A stretch of 64,000 nucleotides of DNA, taken from Promethearchaeota archaeon (GTDB taxonomy: Archaea > Asgardarchaeota > Lokiarchaeia > Sigyniarchaeales > SOKP01). The DNA is taken from assembly GCA_048940445.1 (NCBI GenBank), contig JBHLON010000016.1, forward strand, positions 4,322 to 68,321, in the 5' to 3' direction. Position numbers and translations under genes: made by a program. How positions within the stretch are numbered: the first letter of the stretch is position 1; the number at the start of each line of letters is the position of its first letter. The notes below the pieces were generated by a model that worked only from the letters and a program-made list of their open reading frames with translations, had not been told where the DNA came from and made no database searches. Positions 56,529 through 64,000 of this stretch are shown here, one piece after another.

Positions 56529-57467
56529 ATGACAGAAGTTAAAGTTTTTTCAAAATTAGGACAGGCTCTTGCAAAAGGAGAATTTATTTTAACTGGTGAA
56601 TTGGAGCCTGAGAAAACTTGTGATCTTTCTCATACAGTTCAAGAAGCTAAGGAAATGGCTCCCTTTGTTATTGCTGCTAATGTAACTGACAGTCCACTTG
56701 GTATTGTTACTATCAATAGTTTAGCATCATCTTATATTATACAAAGAGACGCTGGTTTGGAATGCATATGGCAGTTGACTGTTAGAGATGTTAATAAACT
56801 TGGAATATCTGGAATGATAATGGGAGCACAAGCTCTTGGGATACATAATATTCTTTCCTTAACAGGAGATCATCCAGCATTGGGAGATATGCCTGAAAGT
56901 AAACCTGTTTTTGATTTAGATTCTGCTACTCTAGTAAAATTAGTCAGAGAAATGGTAGATACTGGTAAGATCAATAATTATGAAATAGAAGCACCACCAA
57001 GACTTCATGTTGGTGCTGCTGCTAATCCAAATGCTGAACCAATGGAAGCAGAGGTGTTGAAGATTGGACGTAAAGCCAAAGCAGGAGCTGAATTTTTACA
57101 GACTCAAGTAGTGTATGACTTAGATCGTACGATTGAATTTTTAACAGCAATTAAGAGATATGGTGTACCTATCCTATTAGGGATATTTCCAATGAAGAGT
57201 TATGCGATAGCAAAAGGTTTTGATGAATTTGTCCCAGGAGTCTCCGTACCCAAAGATATTCTTGCGAAATGGAAATCGATCAAAACTGAATATTCCAATG
57301 ATAAGAAGATGCAAAAAGAAGCTTATGATTATGCAAATTATGAATTTTTTAAACCATTTATTACAGAACTTAGACAAAAGAATCTTCTAGCCGGGATTCA
57401 CTGTATGGCAGTCCATTACCCTCGAATTTTCCCAAAGTTAGAAGAGATAATAAAAAGTATTAATTAA
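56529..57467 (+). CDS. metF: MetF-like methylene-tetrahydrofolate (or -pterin) reductase (copy 2)
   Basis: Same length (312 aa) and the same motifs as copy 1: 'AANVTDSP', 'TVRDVN', 'NILSLTGDH', 'EFLQTQ' and 'LLGIFPM'. Confidence 0.8.
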   Translation: MTEVKVFSKLGQALAKGEFILTGELEPEKTCDLSHTVQEAKEMAPFVIAANVTDSPLGIVTINSLASSYIIQRDAGLECIWQLTVRDVNKLGISGMIMGAQALGIHNILSLTGDHPALGDMPESKPVFDLDSATLVKLVREMVDTGKINNYEIEAPPRLHVGAAANPNAEPMEAEVLKIGRKAKAGAEFLQTQVVYDLDRTIEFLTAIKRYGVPILLGIFPMKSYAIAKGFDEFVPGVSVPKDILAKWKSIKTEYSNDKKMQKEAYDYANYEFFKPFITELRQKNLLAGIHCMAVHYPRIFPKLEEIIKSIN

Positions 57468-57500
57468 ATAATATAATTATTTTTTTTAATTCCCCTTAAA

Positions 57501-58532
57501 TTACAAATTTTTTAAACGAGGATCCAAAGCGTCTCGTAACCCATCCCCTAGTAGCATAAATCCTAAAACAGCAATCAAGATCATAAATCCCGGTCCCATT
57601 GAAGCCCATGGAGCGCTATAAAGGAATTGTCGTGCTTCTGAAATTGAATTCCCCCAATCTATCATTCTAGGGTCGCTAAATCCTAAAAATGAAAGTCCTG
57701 CTAAGGCTAATATGATCCCTCCAATGTTAAATGTTAAGGAAATGATTATTGGTTGGATTACATTTGGTAAAATATGTTTAAACATTATTCTCCAATTTCC
57801 TGCACCCGATACTTTAGCGGCTTGAATATATGGTAATTCTCGAGCTTGCAATACTGATGCTCTTATTAGACGTGCATAAAACGGTACTCCAAGAATACCC
57901 CACGCGATCATTATATATTCTATTTGAACACCAGTATTAAAAATTTCGCTGAAAACCGAAAGAAAAACTAATGCGAGGATTAAACCAGGAAACGCAAGCA
58001 ATATATCGGCAAGTCTCATAATGACAGTGTCAATCCATCCACCATAATATGCAGCAACTACTCCAAAAACAACTCCTAAGCATACACTAAATCCAATAGC
58101 TGGAAGTGCTACAGTTATGGAAGTCCTTGCCCCGTAAATCATTCGGGCAAGTACATCTCTTCCAAAATTTGCTTGTCCTAAAGGATGATTTGGTGAAGGT
58201 GGCCCCCAAGATCCTGGGAAGACTCCATTAGCTTGTTCAAATGTGAAAGTAGAAATCCAATTGGGAAAAATAGCTAACGAAATAATGCCAAAGACTATAA
58301 CTATACCTATGATGCTCAGAATAGATTTAAATCTTCGAATGAATTTCCTTCTACTTATTGATCTTTCATATTCATATTCTCTTTGATTTAACTCTTCAAT
58401 TGAAGAACCGGGAATTAGAAGAAATTTAATATGACTAAAGATCCACTTAATAATATTTTTAGTACCAGAAGGTTTTTCCTTTCTTATTTCCAGTTCACTT
58501 TCTAAAAGTTCATAATAAGACTTTTCTTCCAT
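57501..58532 (-). CDS. ABC transporter permease, DppC/OppC-type (peptide/nickel family)
   Basis: Six TM helices. EAA-loop region 'YIQAAKVSGAGNWRIMFKHILPN', and C-terminal 'LRDALDPRL'. Confidence 0.85.
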   Translation of the reverse strand: MEEKSYYELLESELEIRKEKPSGTKNIIKWIFSHIKFLLIPGSSIEELNQREYEYERSISRRKFIRRFKSILSIIGIVIVFGIISLAIFPNWISTFTFEQANGVFPGSWGPPSPNHPLGQANFGRDVLARMIYGARTSITVALPAIGFSVCLGVVFGVVAAYYGGWIDTVIMRLADILLAFPGLILALVFLSVFSEIFNTGVQIEYIMIAWGILGVPFYARLIRASVLQARELPYIQAAKVSGAGNWRIMFKHILPNVIQPIIISLTFNIGGIILALAGLSFLGFSDPRMIDWGNSISEARQFLYSAPWASMGPGFMILIAVLGFMLLGDGLRDALDPRLKNL

Positions 58533-58727
58533 ATAAATTTCACTGCAAAATAATTGTTTTCTCTAAAATCAGTGAACTTGATCCTTTATTAACTATTTTA
58601 CAGTAAGTTTGTATTGAAATCCATTTAAATCTGGATCGAGATATTGTTATTCACTTTATAAAAGCTCAAACTGAGATTCTTTATTGATATTTCTGTCTAT
58701 TCAAAAAATTTCTTCTTTTTAATAAAT

Positions 58728-59909
58728 TTATAACCATTCAACAGTAGATGAACATCCAAGGCCCTCTCTATCTTTAATTCTACCTTGAACTAAAAATGTA
58801 TCACCTTCATACCCACATTCTAGGCATTTACTTTTTGATACTAATTCCACTATATCATCTACCAATACTGCATGATTTACTGACGCATCCACTCCAAAAG
58901 GAGTTAAAACTTCTAGAAAACCTTTATCGCCAATCCCATTAAGAGGATCTAAGGTACTAATATCTCTAATTACAATTCTCGCTTGAGGTGGGCAGTGAAA
59001 AATAAAATCTTGATATTTATCTGACCAATGACTACCAAAAACTATTGGTGTTTCTGTAAAGCCATACATATCAGTAACATTTTTAGCTTTAGTCCCAAAA
59101 AACTCAATGCAATCTGAAACAAATTGTGTTTTTTCTATGGGAGGATACTTTAATTGAGACTTGTGTCCACTCCATCCGCCACCACCTGTCGTTATATAAC
59201 TATTGGGTAAATCAAATTTTATGTTTTCCTCCTTCAAATACTTATTCATAAATGTATTTAATAATTGAAGACTTCCCCCAATTGAAATATTTTTTTGTTT
59301 ATCAGTGGGTTTTCTTAAATTCTTGTTTATTACCTTTACTACATGCTTAGAGTTAATTCCAAAAGCACCCACTAAGCTACGACTTTTAACTATCTCTTTA
59401 AATGCTTTTAAGATAAAGAATTTTATTAAATATTTTGGTTTTGTAATTTTAGTAGTGATATCATTTAAAGTGCTAGTATACAGACTCACTGGTCTCAATT
59501 TAGTGTATCTCTTCGCAATCCGATTTAAGAACGTAACGCTAGGAGCAAAATTCATTGAAATTGTTTTATATTGATTATGGTCCTTCATTGGAATTGGGAT
59601 AAACTCATAGATACATTTTATGGTCATACTTGCTAATAACTCAATATCATCAGTTGATCTCCCTACTAAAGATGGATCTCCCGTTGTACAAGAAGATACG
59701 TTCCATGTCTTAAATGCAGGGGATATAACAGGGATCTTTAGTAATTTTTCAAACTTTTGCGCTGATGCTTTGAAAAATACAGCTGGTATATAGGGGATTT
59801 CTGTTAAATCATCTATTTTATCTATATAGTCTGTATCATAATTTTGTCTTTCTGTCAATTCTCTGTAAAAATTATTAAATCGAACGGATTCATTTATTAT
59901 ATTTCTCAT
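58728..59909 (-). CDS. LuxE-like acyl-protein synthetase / adenylate-forming enzyme
   Basis: Collinear with my recollection of LuxE: 'IDDLTEIPYIPAVFFK' (LuxE 'IDDIPVFPTSMFK'), 'VSSCTTG' ('TSSGTKG'), 'TTGGGGW' ('ITGGGWK'), and C-terminal 'GRIKDREGLGCS' ('RRLNTREQKGCS'). Confidence 0.6.
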   Translation of the reverse strand: MRNIINESVRFNNFYRELTERQNYDTDYIDKIDDLTEIPYIPAVFFKASAQKFEKLLKIPVISPAFKTWNVSSCTTGDPSLVGRSTDDIELLASMTIKCIYEFIPIPMKDHNQYKTISMNFAPSVTFLNRIAKRYTKLRPVSLYTSTLNDITTKITKPKYLIKFFILKAFKEIVKSRSLVGAFGINSKHVVKVINKNLRKPTDKQKNISIGGSLQLLNTFMNKYLKEENIKFDLPNSYITTGGGGWSGHKSQLKYPPIEKTQFVSDCIEFFGTKAKNVTDMYGFTETPIVFGSHWSDKYQDFIFHCPPQARIVIRDISTLDPLNGIGDKGFLEVLTPFGVDASVNHAVLVDDIVELVSKSKCLECGYEGDTFLVQGRIKDREGLGCSSTVEWL

Positions 59910-60077
59910 TAAATCTAAAAATTCATTATCTTTATATTCTGAATTAATAATAAGCCTTATTTTATCGTTAGGAATTATCTTGCTGGAAATTGTAATGATT
60001 TCACACCAATACTATGTTGCTTTTCATTATTAATAATAATAATTTAAAATTTCTATAATTAAATAAATTAATCTCTT

Positions 60078-60779
60078 TTATTCTTTTTCTCTCGAAAATG
60101 GTGTTTTTTCTCGAATATTAATTACATAGAACAGATATCCAAAAGGATATCTAATTTGTTTTACATGAAAAGGATCAAATGCGAATAATTCTCTTGCTGA
60201 TAATAAAAACTGATAATATAGATTTTTGTTTTGAATAATATCAACAATTCCGTCAAATTGAAAACTTAAGAATTTTGGCGCCGTTCCTGTATAAAGTAAG
60301 GATGCAAACGGATTCTTTAACAAATTTTTAGCTGTCTGTCCTTCAAATATTTCTAAACCACCTAATAAATAAGGATCAAAATTGTTAACATCTTTATAAA
60401 ATTTTAAGGCAGTTTGCATTCTTTGAGTAATGGTGTTTTCCCATCTCTGAGACTCACATAATTGTCTAGTCTTTATAAATAAATTAAGATATTCATTAAT
60501 TTTATTATATCTTGGTAATAATCCTAAACCTTTTGTAGCTAGATTAATAAATGGTTCATTTATATTCATAGTTGCTAATACTGGAAGATGAGCTGGAAGT
60601 GTTTTAACTGAATGCATGCCTCCCTTCTGTAACTGTTTAAACATTCCTAATCTAGCATTTGATTGCCACTGTAAGAATGTATTTGGAACAGGTTTAATGC
60701 TATAGGTTTTAATCTTTCCCTTTTGATCCTTTATGCTTACATTTTTGTTTTCTCGAATAATCTGATATTCTAATTCCAT
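60078..60779 (-). CDS. Hypothetical protein (233 aa)
   Basis: A clean ORF between the MFS and LuxE-like genes with no recognisable motif. Possibly a split-barrel-like fold (speculative). Confidence 0.5.
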   Translation of the reverse strand: MELEYQIIRENKNVSIKDQKGKIKTYSIKPVPNTFLQWQSNARLGMFKQLQKGGMHSVKTLPAHLPVLATMNINEPFINLATKGLGLLPRYNKINEYLNLFIKTRQLCESQRWENTITQRMQTALKFYKDVNNFDPYLLGGLEIFEGQTAKNLLKNPFASLLYTGTAPKFLSFQFDGIVDIIQNKNLYYQFLLSARELFAFDPFHVKQIRYPFGYLFYVINIREKTPFSREKE

Positions 60780-60877
60780 GATTCTCCCTTTTTTTATATA
60801 TTATGATTCAGATATTATTCTTCTAATTTATTTTTGTTAAATTCTCTAAAAGATAAAAATGTATAAACTTGTTTCTG

Positions 60878-62059
60878 CTAAAATTTAATTTTTACCATGA
60901 ATACTATTATTAAAACCAAACTGGGAATAATAAAACCTAAAAGTACGGCAATTTGAAAATTAAAGTATTGAGAAAAAAATCCAGATATGGGAGAACCTAA
61001 AGCTACTCCTCCCACAGTAAATGAGTAAAAAAGGCCAGTTGCTATACCACGAATATTAGTATCACTATATATTTTGATGGTTCCTGCGGTGGTAGGAAAA
61101 ATCAAACCATGTCCTAAACCGAAAAAGATCATTCCTATAATTGGGAACATATTGATTTGAGGAAATATGAGAAAAAGGAAAGAGCAGGAAGTAATTAGTA
61201 GACCCAGTGAAATGACTTTTTTCATTCCTATTTTATCACTCAATATTCCAGCAGGGTAATGAATCAGCAATGAAAATATTACCATAAAAGCCAATAACAT
61301 TCCAATTTGAGCGTCTGTAAAGTTATAAATTTTCAATTCGACTGTATAAGTACCCGTAATAATCCCTAAGTTAAAAAAAAGGGCTAGAATTGATAAATAT
61401 GGTATAATTATATATTTATTCATAAATAAACTACGTAAAATTCTAAACTCCTTTTTTAGGCTTAGTTTTTGTGGGATGGGTTTGTAAGATGATTTGATAA
61501 ATATTGATATGAAGGTCACAGCAATCATTATAATTGCTATTGTGAAAAAAACCTCTTTATAACCAAAAAATGATGCTAAGAATCCTCCTATTATAAAACC
61601 AAATAACATAGAAAACCCAACAGCGATCCCATATAATGCCATTCCTCTACCACTCTTTTCTTTTGAAACCGAATCTCCGATATATGACATCGTTGCGGGT
61701 CCACCAAATCCCCCTCCCAGTGCATGTATAATTCTTGCAATAAGCAAAAATGACGTCGTATTTGCTATAAAATACAAAAACATAGATACTCCATCTAATA
61801 GAATTCCTAACGAAAGAAACACCTTTCGTGAAAATTTGTCGACCAATCGTCCAAAAATAATATTTGAGGGAATATGGACTATGGAATATATTCCAACAAT
61901 TAATCCTGCCATAAAGAGTGATGCGCCTAATTGAATTGCGTAATTTGCCATAATAGGAATCACTACAGCACTATCAAAATTAACAAAAAAAGTAATAATT
62001 AATACTAACAAGAAAAATATTTTCTGAGTTTTCTTAAGTGGAGAAATATCTTCACTCAT
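60878..62059 (-). CDS. MFS transporter
   Basis: About 12 TM helices. Loop 2-3 motif 'GRLVDKFSRK'. Confidence 0.85.
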   Translation of the reverse strand: MSEDISPLKKTQKIFFLLVLIITFFVNFDSAVVIPIMANYAIQLGASLFMAGLIVGIYSIVHIPSNIIFGRLVDKFSRKVFLSLGILLDGVSMFLYFIANTTSFLLIARIIHALGGGFGGPATMSYIGDSVSKEKSGRGMALYGIAVGFSMLFGFIIGGFLASFFGYKEVFFTIAIIMIAVTFISIFIKSSYKPIPQKLSLKKEFRILRSLFMNKYIIIPYLSILALFFNLGIITGTYTVELKIYNFTDAQIGMLLAFMVIFSLLIHYPAGILSDKIGMKKVISLGLLITSCSFLFLIFPQINMFPIIGMIFFGLGHGLIFPTTAGTIKIYSDTNIRGIATGLFYSFTVGGVALGSPISGFFSQYFNFQIAVLLGFIIPSLVLIIVFMVKIKF

Positions 62060-62202
62060 TAGATCTCATTTTGAATTAATAATACTATATTATATTAAAC
62101 AAATATCTAATTTAAAATGCCATCATTCACAAATTAAAACGATTTAAACTTAATTAGAGATTATAATTATAATATTAGATAGTCTTAAATAATCTCTTCA
62201 AT

Positions 62203-63420
62203 CTACTTAAGCTTACCATCCATTCCAAACTTATTTGCCATATTTTCTACAAGTTCAGGCATAACTTCTGAGAGCCCTTCTTCTCGAGCATAATCCTCTA
62301 TCATCTTTTTTACCATCTTTCTTATAAAAGCAGGAATTTTTTCAATCATTTTTTCTGCTTCAAGATTCCATTTAATTGGTTTCACCTCTGAAGTTTCTAT
62401 GTTTAATGCATCTATTTTTTTATCAGAAGGTATAACAATAAGAACATTACTTTTACTAAACATCGCACAGTTAAATGCATGAGAACCTATTAAAGAGATA
62501 TCTTCTTTATGAAGCCCCCATCTACCTAAGACAATCAAATCAGAATTCTTGAGATTACTATAATCCAAAATTTTAGTATATACCTTACCCATAAACACGT
62601 TCAAATTTAACGAAATTTGTTTAGAATCTGCAATTAATTGAGCTTTTTTTAATCCTTCTAAATATAACTTTTCTAACCCCTTATCAATTATCTCATCATG
62701 AATTTGCTCTTGTGCCGTGAAATTAAACTTTTTCTGAGCTTCCATCGGTAATACATCCGCTATTTTTCTAAAAACTCCTGAATGAAAATAAGGATCATAT
62801 ACAGCAATAGCATCAATTGTGGTGTTATATATTTTTGCAAAATTAAGTGCTCTTAATAAAGCAGAATAAGAATTTGGACTTCCATCAATCCCTATTACAA
62901 TGGGATTATATTTAAACAGCATCGGTTTCTTTACAATTAGTAAATCTGACTTTAAATTATGTAATAAAATCCTTTGAGTTAAACTACCAAGAACATTTGC
63001 TTCCTCTTTTCCATGTCCCCATCCTCCTAATACTATTAGATCAGGGCTTATTTTATTGATTACTTCAAGAAGCTTAGAATAATTTCTACCTTCTGGGGTT
63101 ATACCCTGAACTTTTAAATTCTTTTCCGAAGCCTTGTTAGCTATTGGAGCCAAATATGCATCTGAAATTAATTGCATTCCATCTGTAATTAAATCTTCAT
63201 GAGTATTTCTTAAATAATTCAACCTTTCTTCTTCTTGATATCTCTCTGGTAATCCCGTTTCCATTTCAATAAATCTATATTTATGCATTTTTGATCCATA
63301 AACATGACATCCATACAAGACCTTTGATTTTGAGTATTTAGCGATCTTTAATGCCACATCTTCTGCTATATCTGAATAAATTGAACCATCTAAAGCTATA
63401 AGGATTTTATCATACATCAT
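62203..63420 (-). CDS. Tandem universal stress protein (UspA) domains with a C-terminal PCP_red-like helical domain
   Basis: Two repeats of 'I..(A/I)(L/I)DGS...' ... 'DLIVLGxWG(H/L)'. The C-terminal 'IKWNLEAEKMIEKIPAFIRKMVKKMIEDYAREEG' resembles the protochlorophyllide-reductase 57 kD C-terminal domain. Confidence 0.7.
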   Translation of the reverse strand: MMYDKILIALDGSIYSDIAEDVALKIAKYSKSKVLYGCHVYGSKMHKYRFIEMETGLPERYQEEERLNYLRNTHEDLITDGMQLISDAYLAPIANKASEKNLKVQGITPEGRNYSKLLEVINKISPDLIVLGGWGHGKEEANVLGSLTQRILLHNLKSDLLIVKKPMLFKYNPIVIGIDGSPNSYSALLRALNFAKIYNTTIDAIAVYDPYFHSGVFRKIADVLPMEAQKKFNFTAQEQIHDEIIDKGLEKLYLEGLKKAQLIADSKQISLNLNVFMGKVYTKILDYSNLKNSDLIVLGRWGLHKEDISLIGSHAFNCAMFSKSNVLIVIPSDKKIDALNIETSEVKPIKWNLEAEKMIEKIPAFIRKMVKKMIEDYAREEGLSEVMPELVENMANKFGMDGKLK

Positions 63421-63435
63421 TATTATAAAATCGAA

Positions 63436-64000
63436 TTATTTATATTTCTTTCTTTCTTTTTTAATCTTTCTACGTCTTCTTATTGCAAAAATCGCTCCTA
63501 TTAAGGATAAGGCAAATACAGAACCAAATGCGATAAGAAAGAAATAAAATTCAAATCCAACGGAGCCACAATCATTATCTTCAAAAATATTGCCCTCTGC
63601 TTCGGTATCAACAGTGTAACAATAATTATTCCCTTTAAGGTTATTCCCAATAATATTATTATAATTTGAACTTTGGCCTAGATGAAGCCCTAAGTAGTTA
63701 TTATTCGCAGTATTTAAAGTTATATTATTAAAACTACTATTATATAAAAGAATTCCAATAGCTGTGTTATATGATGCGATGTTTTTTGATATACTATTAT
63801 TGTCACTATTAAATAGTACAATGCCAAATCCTTGCTTAACGTCTTTTCCATGGTTATTTGCTCTATTATAAATGATCACATTATTATGACTTTTATTTAA
63901 TCCAATACCGATATAGGTATTATTAAACATTGAATTTTCTATAATTGAATTATTATAGCTATTTATTAAGGAAATTCCATATCCCACATTGGAAGAAATA
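63436..64000 (-). CDS. Right-handed beta-helix (PbH1/NosD-like) surface protein, C-terminal part with TM anchor (5' end beyond the window)
   Basis: Periodic 'N-x-I-x-x-N-x-x-x-N-x-x-G-I' repeats. C-terminal 'FYFFLIAFGSVFALSLIGAIFAI' followed by 'RRRRKIKKERKKYK'. The frame stays open to nt 64000. Confidence 0.7.
   Translation of the reverse strand, partial: ISSNVGYGISLINSYNNSIIENSMFNNTYIGIGLNKSHNNVIIYNRANNHGKDVKQGFGIVLFNSDNNSISKNIASYNTAIGILLYNSSFNNITLNTANNNYLGLHLGQSSNYNNIIGNNLKGNNYCYTVDTEAEGNIFEDNDCGSVGFEFYFFLIAFGSVFALSLIGAIFAIRRRRKIKKERKKYK

Noticed and set aside
1-64000. Looked for CRISPR arrays, rRNA/tRNA genes, IS elements or transposases, and integrases across the whole window.
   Set aside because: I saw no regularly spaced direct repeats and no GC-rich structured islands of tRNA/rRNA type, which would stand out against ~27-30% GC. 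I recognised no DDE, tyrosine-recombinase or serine-recombinase motifs in any ORF. This was an eye scan only; tRNAscan/Infernal would be decisive.

Overview
This is a 64-kb window of very AT-rich, gene-dense DNA. Hand counts of 60-nt samples give about 27% GC in ordinary genes. I support about 66 protein-coding features. I could not recognise any rRNA, tRNA, CRISPR array or transposase.

The gene content is archaeal. It includes a thermosome, RNA polymerase subunit D/Rpo3 with the L18e-L13-S9 block, an Sm-like protein, Rio2 kinase, a Clp1-type kinase, TrmI, 4-subunit pyruvate:ferredoxin oxidoreductase, and Hdr/MvhD-type proteins. Two eukaryote-like proteins are also present: a Rag/Gtr-type GTPase with a long C-terminal domain, and a possible gelsolin-like domain. 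Together with the extreme AT bias, these suggest an Asgard (Loki-type) archaeon. That lineage call is an inference, not something shown by the sequence.

The most coherent system is a co-directional cluster at 42.8-49.9 kb: hdrA(tandem)-mvhD fusion, hdrC, hdrB, metV, metF and lrp. It is a candidate electron-bifurcating methylene-pterin reductase. A second, unlinked metV-metF paralog pair lies at 55.8-57.5 kb.

Other points worth a second look:
- The por operon is split by an antisense PAS histidine kinase whose stop codon interlocks with that of porG.
- A DhlA-like haloalkane dehalogenase is broken by one in-frame TAA.
- A small repeat-containing gene is frameshifted in an A8 run.
- A higher-GC aldo/keto reductase plus cupin pair looks like a bacterial import.
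- An alpha/beta hydrolase has its nucleophile Ser replaced by Ala.
- There is an orphan N6-adenine DNA methyltransferase.
- A Clp1-like kinase sits next to an ATP-grasp gene.
- A LuxE-like adenylating enzyme lies in a neighbourhood of unknown function.

All functional calls come from motif recognition by eye. No database search was run.
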